A stretch of 32,247 bases of DNA from an uncultured archaeon. GTDB lineage: Archaea > Asgardarchaeota > Heimdallarchaeia > Heimdallarchaeales > Kariarchaeaceae. The notes under the pieces are model-generated. The model saw only the letters and a program-made list of their open reading frames with translations. It did not search any database and was not told the DNA's origin. Shown here piece by piece: positions 1 to 7,870 of this stretch (position 1 is its first letter; each line of letters opens with the position of its first letter). The stretch lies in NCBI GenBank assembly GCA_964645535.1, contig CAZYCQ010000020.1:16433-48679 (forward strand), written 5' to 3'. The position numbers and the translations under genes were made by a program.

Positions 1-648
1 GAACCTGTGAGCACTCCGAAGCCAGAACCCATCAGTCAACCCAAACCAGTAGGTGCACCAACACCGTCTGATTCCGAAACTGTTGTGGATAATGAAGATA
101 AGACTTCCTCTTCTCAAGAGACAACCACTGAGGGATGGATCAAACCATCTGAATTTTTGGCAAGAAGAAGAAAGGTTGAAGCAAATAAACCAAAGAAGTT
201 TGATCCTGTTGCTCCAAATAAGCCACTTGTAGAGGAACCACAAAAAGAAGAAGAACAAGAATCGAAGGAAGAAAGTCCTTCTTTTGAGCCAAAACCTTTG
301 TCAAAAGAAACATTCAACAACATTGGCATATCAGATGAACCTGAGGAAGAAGAAAAAGAACCTGAACCAGTTAAACCAAAACCATCAGCTGTTAAAAAAG
401 ATACTCCTGCTGTTGATGAAAATACAAAGAAAGTATTGAAACTTTTTGCTGAATTCATTGATGAGGCAACTTCAACTAAAAACTTCCATGATCGGATCAG
501 TTCTGTTTGCGATATGGATGAGGCATATGAAGTTCTTGGGAGCATTGGTTTGAGCAAAATTTATGGATATATTGGGAAACCATTGGATAAGAAAAAAGAA
601 GTTATTGAATTACTTAACAAATGGGCAGTCGAAGGTGTTCCTCGATAA
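1..648 (+). CDS. Hypothetical protein, C-terminal part (5'-truncated); long Glu/Lys/Pro-rich linker followed by a small helical C-terminal domain
   Basis: Frame is open from base 1 to TAA at 646-648. Low-complexity EEP/KPK-rich region, then an ~75-aa globular-looking tail. Confidence 0.75.
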   Translation, partial: EPVSTPKPEPISQPKPVGAPTPSDSETVVDNEDKTSSSQETTTEGWIKPSEFLARRRKVEANKPKKFDPVAPNKPLVEEPQKEEEQESKEESPSFEPKPLSKETFNNIGISDEPEEEEKEPEPVKPKPSAVKKDTPAVDENTKKVLKLFAEFIDEATSTKNFHDRISSVCDMDEAYEVLGSIGLSKIYGYIGKPLDKKKEVIELLNKWAVEGVPR

Positions 649-656
649 TTTTCATG

Positions 657-670
657 TTTATAAACCTAAA
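657..670 (+). promoter_or_regulatory. Extended TATA box TTTATAAACCTAAA upstream of ORF 686
   Basis: Archaeal TATA consensus starting 29 nt before ATG at 686. The same extended motif recurs at 12135, 15404 and 18885. Confidence 0.6.
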
Positions 671-685
671 CCAATTTTTTTGTGT

Positions 686-1012
686 ATGTCTTCTGTGAAA
701 AACGTTCCCAAGTTTACTCCTTATGAAATTTACAAAAGCCTTCAATCTGAAAAGTCTTTGATTGTAAGATTTGTTGGTCCTGTCCATCTATCGATCCTTC
801 CTTTCTCCCAAAAAGTTATCTCCACTCATTTCACACAAAGATTTCCGATGAAATTTGTAACAAGCTATTTGTTTGAATCACTTCTTTACGCTTATCGAGA
901 TTTTGATCCAGACTTTTTTTACGATAGCTCCATTCATCCCTACAAGAAGCCAATCCAACTCAAGATTCAGAATGGTTATTTTTCCATTGAATTCGTTAAA
1001 ACATTACAATAG
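686..1012 (+). CDS. Small hypothetical protein (108 aa)
   Basis: Part of ORF 563..1012. The ATG at 686 avoids overlap with the upstream gene and sits 29 nt after the start of a TATA box. Confidence 0.55.
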   Translation: MSSVKNVPKFTPYEIYKSLQSEKSLIVRFVGPVHLSILPFSQKVISTHFTQRFPMKFVTSYLFESLLYAYRDFDPDFFYDSSIHPYKKPIQLKIQNGYFSIEFVKTLQ

Positions 1013-1813
1013 AACGAAGAAAATAAACATAAGATAGGGAAGACCCGTAGTAATAGACGTTTCCGCAATCGACAATTTAGTTCCTTTACTCATTCCATAA
1101 ACCGCAAGCACCATCCCCCATATCCAAAACAAAATTTGAAAGAACCTGATGAAAACACCAATTCCACTTGAAGCCATATTATCGATTGCATTTGCAATTT
1201 CAGAATATGTTTCTACATCTACGTTCTGTGACGGTGAAAATAATCTCAGGATAATTGTTACCGTATCCCCCACAAGAACTGGAACCAATGAATATCCAAT
1301 GATGGACCTGACTTTTTCACGATTATTTTCTCCACCAAGTGCAATGTTTAGATAATTGATGATTCTTGCCGCTGCTCTTAAAACTACTGTAAATACTATG
1401 ACAAACAAGAAAGGCCAAAATATTAGAAAAACAACCGTAGGAATTCTTGATATGATGAAGTTCAATATGGTGATCCCTATGTTGTCTCCTTGGACAAAAT
1501 TTTGTTCATTAAATGCGAGACCATTAATCTTCCTAAGCATTGTGAGCATATGGAATGTGAGAGCAACTCCAATAAGGTAAATGATTGTTCTTGGTCCTCT
1601 AAGATCTGGGATTAACGCGATTTCTTTCATTGCATTGAATGGGTCGCGAATTACTTTATACATACGAATGAATGCATCTCGTCTTTCAATTTTGATTCCT
1701 GCTCTCCGTATATGCTCTCCGGTAAGGTCATATCCACACCACACGCAAGTGATATATTCAACCGGGATGAGTTCCCCGCATGAGGGGCAACTCTGCATTT
1801 CGACTTCGCTCAC
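1004..1813 (-). CDS. Yip1-family multi-pass membrane protein with N-terminal zinc ribbon
   Basis: CPSC...CVWC zinc ribbon, then Yip1-like 'VIRDPFNAMKEIA', 'IIGYSLVP' and 'FWIWGMVLAVYGM' motifs with about 5 TM segments. Confidence 0.75.
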   Translation of the reverse strand: MSEVEMQSCPSCGELIPVEYITCVWCGYDLTGEHIRRAGIKIERRDAFIRMYKVIRDPFNAMKEIALIPDLRGPRTIIYLIGVALTFHMLTMLRKINGLAFNEQNFVQGDNIGITILNFIISRIPTVVFLIFWPFLFVIVFTVVLRAAARIINYLNIALGGENNREKVRSIIGYSLVPVLVGDTVTIILRLFSPSQNVDVETYSEIANAIDNMASSGIGVFIRFFQILFWIWGMVLAVYGMSKGTKLSIAETSITTGLPYLMFIFFVLL

Positions 1814-1931
1814 TAAATGGATAGACCATCTTTGAATTATATACCTTTTTCTTTCAATTTGAATTGGATTTTACTGTTTCCAAGGGTTTTTCCCTGACTG
1901 CTTCCGAAATAAAATTAAGCAACGAGCATAA

Positions 1932-3218
1932 ATGGAGTCTGTAAGAATGACCACCGCTGACAGTAAAGAGAAAAAGCGGAGTTCCCTTGAGCTCTATCAT
2001 TTGAAAAATGTCCTTAAACGATTGGAAAAAAAGCATTCCCCAAATATGAGTACGTCCCTGATCTCATTATATATTCCTCCAGGGACTCAACTTTCAGAAA
2101 TTGCAAATCTACTGCGCAACGAATATGGTACTGCATCCAATATTAAAGATAAAAAGACTGGAAAAGCAGTGATGGACGCTATCTCGAGTATTCTTGCTCG
2201 ATTGCCCAACTATGAAAATTCAGAAAATGGTCTTGTAATATTTGCAGGGATAACCGCTGATAAAAACAAGGTTGAATTCTATGCAATTTATCCCCCTGAA
2301 AAGGTGGGAATCAAAACCTATCGGTGTGAACCCTACTTTGATACAAAACATCTTCGCGAACTGCTTGATGTAAAGGATCAGTATGGTGTTATTGCAATTG
2401 CTAGAGGAGGGGCAACCTTTGCGGTTATCCGAGGAAGTAGTCTTCAGATCGTGATGGATACCGATAGCTTTGTTCCTAGCAAGCATGGTCGTGGCGGACA
2501 ATCTCAAGGACGTATTGAACGAGGTATTGAAATCTTGGCTGAGGAATTCTTCAGCAAGATGGCTGAGCAGGCAAACAAAATCTTCCTAGAAGAATATCCC
2601 GTGAAATTCGTGATTGTAGGCGGACCTGCAATGACTAAAGATCAGTTCCTTCAAAACAAGAATTTGGACTATCGATTGAAGGAAAAGATCCTTAAGGTAT
2701 ATGATGTTGGCTATACTGGTATTGCAGGTATTCGGGAAATTCTGGAAAAAGCAAAAGATGATCTTGATGAAATCGACCTGATAAAAGAAAGGAATTTGGT
2801 TGAGGAATTCAAGAAAGGTTTGGCAACAGGATCTAACAAAGTGACATATGGTGAAGAAGCTGTTCGAAAAGCATTACAGATGGCTGCAGTTGATACCGTC
2901 CTTTTCAGTGAAGGCATTGAAAAAACTCACCTGTATATTCACTGCACCAAATGTGATCATCGATTTATAGAAGTGAAAGAGCATGGTGAGCCTTCCATAT
3001 ATGAACTTCAAATCGCAAATATTCCATGTCCGAATTGCAAAGAAGTTGGTGGGCTTGAAATCGAAAAAGAAGAAGATCTCATCGATGAAATCGAAAGATT
3101 GGCAAAAGAAACGGGTGCAAAAATAGAGGTGATTTCCACTTCACATGAAAATGGAATGGAGCTCTTGAAGGCATTCACTGGCATTGCAGCCCTTCTTAGG
3201 TATCCCGTTGACTTTTAG
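1932..3218 (+). CDS. prf1: Peptide chain release factor aRF1/eRF1
   Basis: 'LISLYIPP', 'TASNIKD' (NIKS-like), 'YRCE' (YxCxxxF), 'KHGRGGQS' catalytic GGQ, C-terminal 'FTGIAALLRY', and a CxxC..CxxC mini-domain. Confidence 0.97.
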   Translation: MESVRMTTADSKEKKRSSLELYHLKNVLKRLEKKHSPNMSTSLISLYIPPGTQLSEIANLLRNEYGTASNIKDKKTGKAVMDAISSILARLPNYENSENGLVIFAGITADKNKVEFYAIYPPEKVGIKTYRCEPYFDTKHLRELLDVKDQYGVIAIARGGATFAVIRGSSLQIVMDTDSFVPSKHGRGGQSQGRIERGIEILAEEFFSKMAEQANKIFLEEYPVKFVIVGGPAMTKDQFLQNKNLDYRLKEKILKVYDVGYTGIAGIREILEKAKDDLDEIDLIKERNLVEEFKKGLATGSNKVTYGEEAVRKALQMAAVDTVLFSEGIEKTHLYIHCTKCDHRFIEVKEHGEPSIYELQIANIPCPNCKEVGGLEIEKEEDLIDEIERLAKETGAKIEVISTSHENGMELLKAFTGIAALLRYPVDF

Positions 3219-3312
3219 ATCATGGAAGGTCTCTCTCATTTTGACCAAATTTTCTTTTGACATGTGTAATATTCCTTAATATTTAATTGCCATTAGAAAA
3301 AAGGTAAACTAG

Positions 3313-3507
3313 ATGACAAAGATCGGTATGAAACCCAGCAAAACCTTCGCACGAGTAAAGTGCCCTGAATGCGAAAAGGAAACTATCGTTTTCATTTCTG
3401 CAAAGACCACTGTCCGTTGCTTAAATGAAGAATGCAATACGGTATTGGCAGTTCCACGGGGTGGAAAGGCAGAAATCAAGGGAGAAATTGTTGAACTTCT
3501 TTCCTAA
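3313..3507 (+). CDS. rps27e: 30S ribosomal protein S27e
   Basis: 'FARVKCPECEKETIVF...VRC....C..VLAVPRGGKA' matches the S27e pattern. Confidence 0.93.
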   Translation: MTKIGMKPSKTFARVKCPECEKETIVFISAKTTVRCLNEECNTVLAVPRGGKAEIKGEIVELLS

Positions 3508-4055
3508 ATTTTAAGATTGAGCTGTTTTACTTTTGATCTCCGAACGAAGTTTCTGATATTTTCAATTGGCATCAGGACAACATCTCCTTTTTTGAATGGT
3601 CCATATGTAAAAAGATCCGCCCCTACGATTTCATTTGGTTCATCCTCAAGGAAGATGCAAAATTCATACTTTTCTTCATCTTCCCCTTCAAAAGGCTCTT
3701 CCTTCAAGGCAGTTATCCCTAAAATCGAATCCTGATGAACTCGAATTAGGTGATTCAGCTTGTCTCTGAACATTTCTTCTTCCGACGTTAATTTTTTTGG
3801 TCTCGGCTTGCCTGCAATGATTTCGTAGAAGTGCTTTTCCATTCTGAGCTTAGTCAAATCATTGATGATAAAATTAAGTCTTTGAAACCTACGGTTAAAA
3901 ATTTTCCTTGCAAGTTCATCTTCATCACTTGTTGCCATCATTTCCAAGTGTTTGAGGTAAGTCTGGACTTTTTCGAAAAAATTTGGTTCTAAGGGAACAA
4001 GATCTTCTTCAACCCGTTCTCTTCTCCAAACATTCAAAATCTTCTCAAACAGCAT
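3504..4055 (-). CDS. GINS complex subunit, Gins51 (Sld5/Psf1-like, A-B domain order)
   Basis: N-terminal 'WRRERVEEDLVPLEPNFFEKVQTYL' helical A domain. C-terminal B domain 'IVGADLFTYGPFKKGDVVLMPIEN'. Lies directly downstream of PCNA. Confidence 0.9.
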   Translation of the reverse strand: MLFEKILNVWRRERVEEDLVPLEPNFFEKVQTYLKHLEMMATSDEDELARKIFNRRFQRLNFIINDLTKLRMEKHFYEIIAGKPRPKKLTSEEEMFRDKLNHLIRVHQDSILGITALKEEPFEGEDEEKYEFCIFLEDEPNEIVGADLFTYGPFKKGDVVLMPIENIRNFVRRSKVKQLNLKI

Positions 4056-4070
4056 GGAAATCCCTTAAGG

Positions 4071-4877
4071 TTAGTTGGTGGAACGTGGTGCAATTGCAAC
4101 AGCTGCATATCCTGCATCTTCTGCAAACTGAAAGATTGCTAGAACTGGTTTATTGTGACCAAAGCAGAGAAGCATATGATCCTGTATCTTTGAGAACTTG
4201 GTCAAATTCTTGATGTAGTCCATCGCAAAAGTCGCGCTTACTTCCTCCAATTCCGATTCAAATTTTACATTGGTGACTTCTTCATTTTCAAAATCAATTT
4301 CTGTATTTGTGCTTTTGGTGGTTCCTGTTGAAATGAGCCTCAATTTGTGTTTGGTCATTCTCAATTCTACGTGTGTACCCCCAAGAGAAGAAATTTGCAT
4401 TGCCTCTGCGAAGAGATTTGCAGAAATGACCAAGCTAGCCTCCAATTTCGTCTGTAGATTGATCAATCCTCTGAATTTATAGTCATCCGCCGTTCCTAAT
4501 AGCCTTAGATCGATTTCTTTGATCATCTTGTTTTTGATCAATTTGAAAACCATGATTCCTTCATTCTCATTCAGTTCTATATGCAACGTATCCGAAGCGC
4601 TTGCTGTTTTGAGAAAATCTGTCAATTCCTTAAGGTTGAGGTGGTAATTTTGTGTTTCAGAAATTTCATATTCTGAAAATTCCTTTTTGTTAATTTTCCC
4701 TTCAATCGCCCATACAAGTCCTTCCATTGCAGTTTGGAGATGCAGACCCGTGTCTGTGAATTCCAAGGTAATTCCTTCACTGATGTTCTGTGGGATTGGT
4801 TCGAGCAAAGTTCTCAATAGTTTTGGTGTTGGCAATACCGCTCTTAATGTCATATGAGTCTCTCCTAATCTGATCAT
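4071..4877 (-). CDS. pcn: DNA polymerase sliding clamp PCNA (divergent; start may be 4853)
   Basis: About 260 aa with 'LEFTDTGLHLQ', 'EFSEYE...LNLKELTDFLK', 'ATFAMDYI', 'FGHNKPV' and C-terminal 'IAPR', all typical of PCNA. Confidence 0.9.
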   Translation of the reverse strand: MIRLGETHMTLRAVLPTPKLLRTLLEPIPQNISEGITLEFTDTGLHLQTAMEGLVWAIEGKINKKEFSEYEISETQNYHLNLKELTDFLKTASASDTLHIELNENEGIMVFKLIKNKMIKEIDLRLLGTADDYKFRGLINLQTKLEASLVISANLFAEAMQISSLGGTHVELRMTKHKLRLISTGTTKSTNTEIDFENEEVTNVKFESELEEVSATFAMDYIKNLTKFSKIQDHMLLCFGHNKPVLAIFQFAEDAGYAAVAIAPRSTN

Positions 4878-4940
4878 TTATATCATTTTATAACCTCATA
4901 GGCTTTATCCCAAACTGTCTCAAACTTTTTTTTGGCAGTT

Positions 4941-5288
4941 TCATTCAGGATACGCGATACGACGTTCAAGAGATATGATTGTCTTATACTTTTCAAAATC
5001 TTCTGGCAACATCTTGTGTGCAAATTGACCGATGAATTTTATGCCTCCTTCAATCTCTTGAAGCTTACAGATGATTCTGAACGGTTGCATTAGTTTTAAT
5101 GTTGATGTAGGGATGCTCCCATACTCAATCTGGATTTGACTCTCTCCATCGTTTAGAACAAAACTAAGTGGATCCAAACTGACAACATATCCTATCAGCC
5201 GACACAAGGATGGTTTCTTATCTATTGCCTCTTGAATGAAAAAATCCTTGGCTGGCATTCTTGCAATGGGTTGAGCATCTTCATCCAT
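4941..5288 (-). CDS. Single OB-fold protein, RPA3/RPA14-like replication protein A small subunit
   Basis: 'RMPA...I.E', 'RLIGYVV', 'FVLNDGESQIQI', 'FRII', and a C-terminal helix 'DFEKYKTIISLERR' resembling the RPA trimerisation helix. Lies upstream of PCNA. Confidence 0.7.
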   Translation of the reverse strand: MDEDAQPIARMPAKDFFIQEAIDKKPSLCRLIGYVVSLDPLSFVLNDGESQIQIEYGSIPTSTLKLMQPFRIICKLQEIEGGIKFIGQFAHKMLPEDFEKYKTIISLERRIAYPE

Positions 5289-5373
5289 CTAAATCCTAAT
5301 CAAAGTTCACTTTAAAAAGAACGTTGTAATCTCTCGTTTTCCTTTATATAGATAATCTATTACTAAATTTCCG

Positions 5374-5706
5374 ATGAACACCCGTGAGTTTTCTCCGAGT
5401 CCTAAGTTACCTTCAAATGAAACCTCCTTTTCATTTTTCTCCATACGAACAACAGGGTCATCCTTTTCGCAAGGTACCTTGCGTCTTATCCTTCAATTGC
5501 TCATATCTCATTACGACATCCAGCGGTATACGCTTGAAAAAGAAAAAATGACTCTTGTTATAACTAAGCTTCCAAGAAAACAGACAAGGCAAATAGAGCA
5601 AATCATTGATTACATCAGATACAAACTCCTTACTTCAGTGGATGAATTTGCGTTGCTGGAAGAGATCAGAAGAAAAATGTTGGTTGGTGAGCCCCATGTT
5701 GAATGA
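5374..5706 (+). CDS. Hypothetical protein (110 aa)
   Basis: ATG 31 nt after the start of TTTATATA (5343). Overlaps the next ORF start by 11 nt. Confidence 0.6.
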   Translation: MNTREFSPSPKLPSNETSFSFFSIRTTGSSFSQGTLRLILQLLISHYDIQRYTLEKEKMTLVITKLPRKQTRQIEQIIDYIRYKLLTSVDEFALLEEIRRKMLVGEPHVE

Positions 5707-6148
5707 AATCATCTTCTCGTCAGCAATCATTTTGTTTTTGATGATGGTTCGTTCAAATTCATCAAAAGAGGAAAATGAAAGTCTCCTGAAAGTCAAGCAA
5801 CACTTTTCCCCTTACGGAAAATACTCGCAAGTTGATGGAAAATTTTATAGAAGCAACGCAGAAGCAAAAATTGCGCGTTTCCTTACCAAACGCAATATAA
5901 AGTTCATCTATGAATTTCCAATAAAGAAAACCAAATTTAAGACAGATTTCTATCTTGTTGACTATGACATCTATGTAGAATACTGGGGGCTGACAGATTT
6001 ACAAAACCGGGATGGTGATAGATATCGTGAAACTCATCGCCGGAAAATACGAATTTACCAAACTTTGGGTCTAAATCTCATCTCCATCTATCCCAAGGAT
6101 TTAAATCATCTCCCTCGAATCTTCCAGCATATCACTTCATCCCCTTGA
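5696..6148 (+). CDS. PD-(D/E)XK superfamily (Vsr/DUF559-like) nuclease with N-terminal hydrophobic anchor
   Basis: 'RSNAEAKIARFL...YE...TDFYL...IYVEYWG...Y....RK...Y' nuclease signature. N-terminal 'IIFSSAIILFLMMV' hydrophobic segment. In-frame ATG at 5696. Confidence 0.75.
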   Translation: MLNEIIFSSAIILFLMMVRSNSSKEENESLLKVKQHFSPYGKYSQVDGKFYRSNAEAKIARFLTKRNIKFIYEFPIKKTKFKTDFYLVDYDIYVEYWGLTDLQNRDGDRYRETHRRKIRIYQTLGLNLISIYPKDLNHLPRIFQHITSSP

Positions 6149-6173
6149 ATTTACTCTACATTTCGTTTTTGAT

Positions 6174-6189
6174 TTTATAAAACTATTTT
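6174..6189 (+). promoter_or_regulatory. TATA box upstream of the radA-like gene
   Basis: TTTATAAAACTATTTT starting 37 nt before ATG 6211. Confidence 0.5.
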
Positions 6190-6210
6190 CTATCATTCTT
6201 TCCGAGGACC

Positions 6211-7491
6211 ATGCCGAAAGAGAAATTATCTTATGATCCGAAAACTCATTTCGAGTATAATGGAAGAATTTGGACAAAAAGGCCTTCTACCAAAGTATTC
6301 TTCCAAGAAATGAAGGAAGCAAAGCTTCTCGCCAATTCCACTGCAACAAAAATTGCGAATATCTTTATCAAGGAAGGCTGGGAGACTTTTTCAGCATTTG
6401 AGACAAAGGGATTTGCAGATTTTGTAGCATTGGAAGGCGTATCTGCAGCCAGTGCAAAGAGAATCGCATCTCACAAACTTGTCATTGCTGCTGAAGGAAG
6501 ACCAATTCGGTCTTTCCAAGAACAGATTGAAATGAACAAAGGACATAAATACCTTCTGACACGTGTACATGACTTGAATCGCCATCTTAATGACGGGCAG
6601 GGTTTGGGGTTCCGGTCAGGTACACTGATTGAATTTTATGGCAAGCCCCAAATGGGCAAGACACAATGGATGTATGATCTAGCTGTCAGAACAATGCTTC
6701 CTCCAGAAAAAGGTGGTTGGGGTCAGGCAGTCATTTACTTTGATACTGAAGGTGCCTATAATGTCAACCGTATTCTTAAATGTGGATTGTATTGGGGTCT
6801 TTCAGAAGAGGATTTTGAAGAAAAGATGTATTATGTAAGTCCTCGCGTACTTTCGACTGGATCTGACTTGGTCACTCACATTGAAAATCTAGATCCCATA
6901 ATCCAAGAGAAAAATGTAGGGTTGATTATTATTGATTCCATCATTCAACCTTTCAAAAATGAATTTAAAAGTGTCGCTGGAGAAAACCTAAATTTCATGG
7001 GAAAGAGACAAAACCTGCTTGGTCAGGCATTGATGCGACTAAAATCATTGGCTCAGACCTATAAGTTAATTGTATGCTACACGAACCAGGTGATCGCAAA
7101 TATTGGTGGAATGGGTAACCAAGCAAAGGAAATTCCTGTCGGAGGTGATACTGTAGGTCATGCATCTGATCTCCGATTTGAGTTGAAAAAGGACAAATCG
7201 GTGGAAAAAAGTGAGACAAGGAGGATGAAATTAGTTGACTGCGGTTGGCTTCCAACTACAGTTACTACATTCTGTCTTACTCCATTTGGCATAGTTGATC
7301 CATCGGAAGTAAAAGAAGTTCTTAGAATCGCAGAAACTCTGGAAAATCGTGATCCCAAAGACAAAACTCCAATCCTTAACCATTTGGGACAGCCTATTTT
7401 GGAAAGCAAATACCTAAAATTTGGAAGTGAATTGGAGAAGTCATTCAAACTCCCTGATCTAACCGGTAATTTTGCTGAGGAAACATCTTAA
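6211..7491 (+). CDS. RadA/Rad51-family recombinase paralog
   Basis: Walker A 'GKPQMGKT', 'LPPEKGG', 'YFDTEG', Walker B 'LIIIDS', 'RQ', 'TNQV', 'GGDTVGH' and an N-terminal HhH-like domain. Has N- and C-terminal extensions. Confidence 0.92.
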   Translation: MPKEKLSYDPKTHFEYNGRIWTKRPSTKVFFQEMKEAKLLANSTATKIANIFIKEGWETFSAFETKGFADFVALEGVSAASAKRIASHKLVIAAEGRPIRSFQEQIEMNKGHKYLLTRVHDLNRHLNDGQGLGFRSGTLIEFYGKPQMGKTQWMYDLAVRTMLPPEKGGWGQAVIYFDTEGAYNVNRILKCGLYWGLSEEDFEEKMYYVSPRVLSTGSDLVTHIENLDPIIQEKNVGLIIIDSIIQPFKNEFKSVAGENLNFMGKRQNLLGQALMRLKSLAQTYKLIVCYTNQVIANIGGMGNQAKEIPVGGDTVGHASDLRFELKKDKSVEKSETRRMKLVDCGWLPTTVTTFCLTPFGIVDPSEVKEVLRIAETLENRDPKDKTPILNHLGQPILESKYLKFGSELEKSFKLPDLTGNFAEETS

Positions 7492-7605
7492 GAATACTAT
7501 CTTTTATTTCCATATAGAAATAGTCCCCACTTTGCAATTCTATTTTTGCTATTTGATGACTTTCTGTTTAATCCCCAAATATTTGTTCATCAATGGTGTC
7601 TCTTC

Positions 7606-7744
7606 ATTTTTTCTGAAATTTGGGACAAAATTCCACCACAATTCAAGACAATTGGCAAATGTCCCCCAAATAAACCTTTGATGGACTCTCAAGTCTGTTG
7701 ATGAATTTTCACCATATATTTTTTCTGAAATTTAGGACAAAATT
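7606..7744 (+). repeat. 27-bp direct repeat, two copies (7606-7632 and 7718-7744)
   Basis: ATTTTTTCTGAAATTTGGGACAAAATT versus ATTTTTTCTGAAATTTAGGACAAAATT: 1 mismatch, 112-bp period, in a ~380-bp intergenic gap. Confidence 0.9.
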
Positions 7745-7870
7745 GGGGGTGTCTTATCTACCCCTTCCACCTACCTTTTCTAATTTCGATATTTAAACTC
7801 CTGATGGAATTTTCCTCATTTCTTTCATTGATCACCAAATTCGGGATGTGTTTTTGAGAACTATTACCAT

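Noticed and set aside
114-557. 147-aa antisense ORF and the many other short overlapping ORFs in the track (e.g. 1149-1835 +, 16772-17233 -, 31158-31553 +)
   Set aside because: They are shadow frames of well-supported genes and show no motifs or independent expression signals.
2130-2152. aRF1 NIKD instead of NIKS as a sign of stop-codon reassignment
   Set aside because: TAA, TAG and TGA all terminate well-defined genes in this window, and variation at this position alone is not evidence of recoding.
4925-4933. T-run as a transcription terminator
   Set aside because: The run is on the + strand while both flanking genes are on the - strand.
7472-7681. 69-aa ORF in the radA-downstream gap
   Set aside because: TTG start inside the radA-like gene, Phe-rich composition typical of AT-rich noncoding DNA, and it overlaps the repeat.
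7606-7744. 27-bp repeat as a CRISPR array or canonical ORB origin
   Set aside because: Only two copies with an 85-bp spacer, no cas genes, a poor match to the ORB consensus and no adjacent cdc6/orc1.
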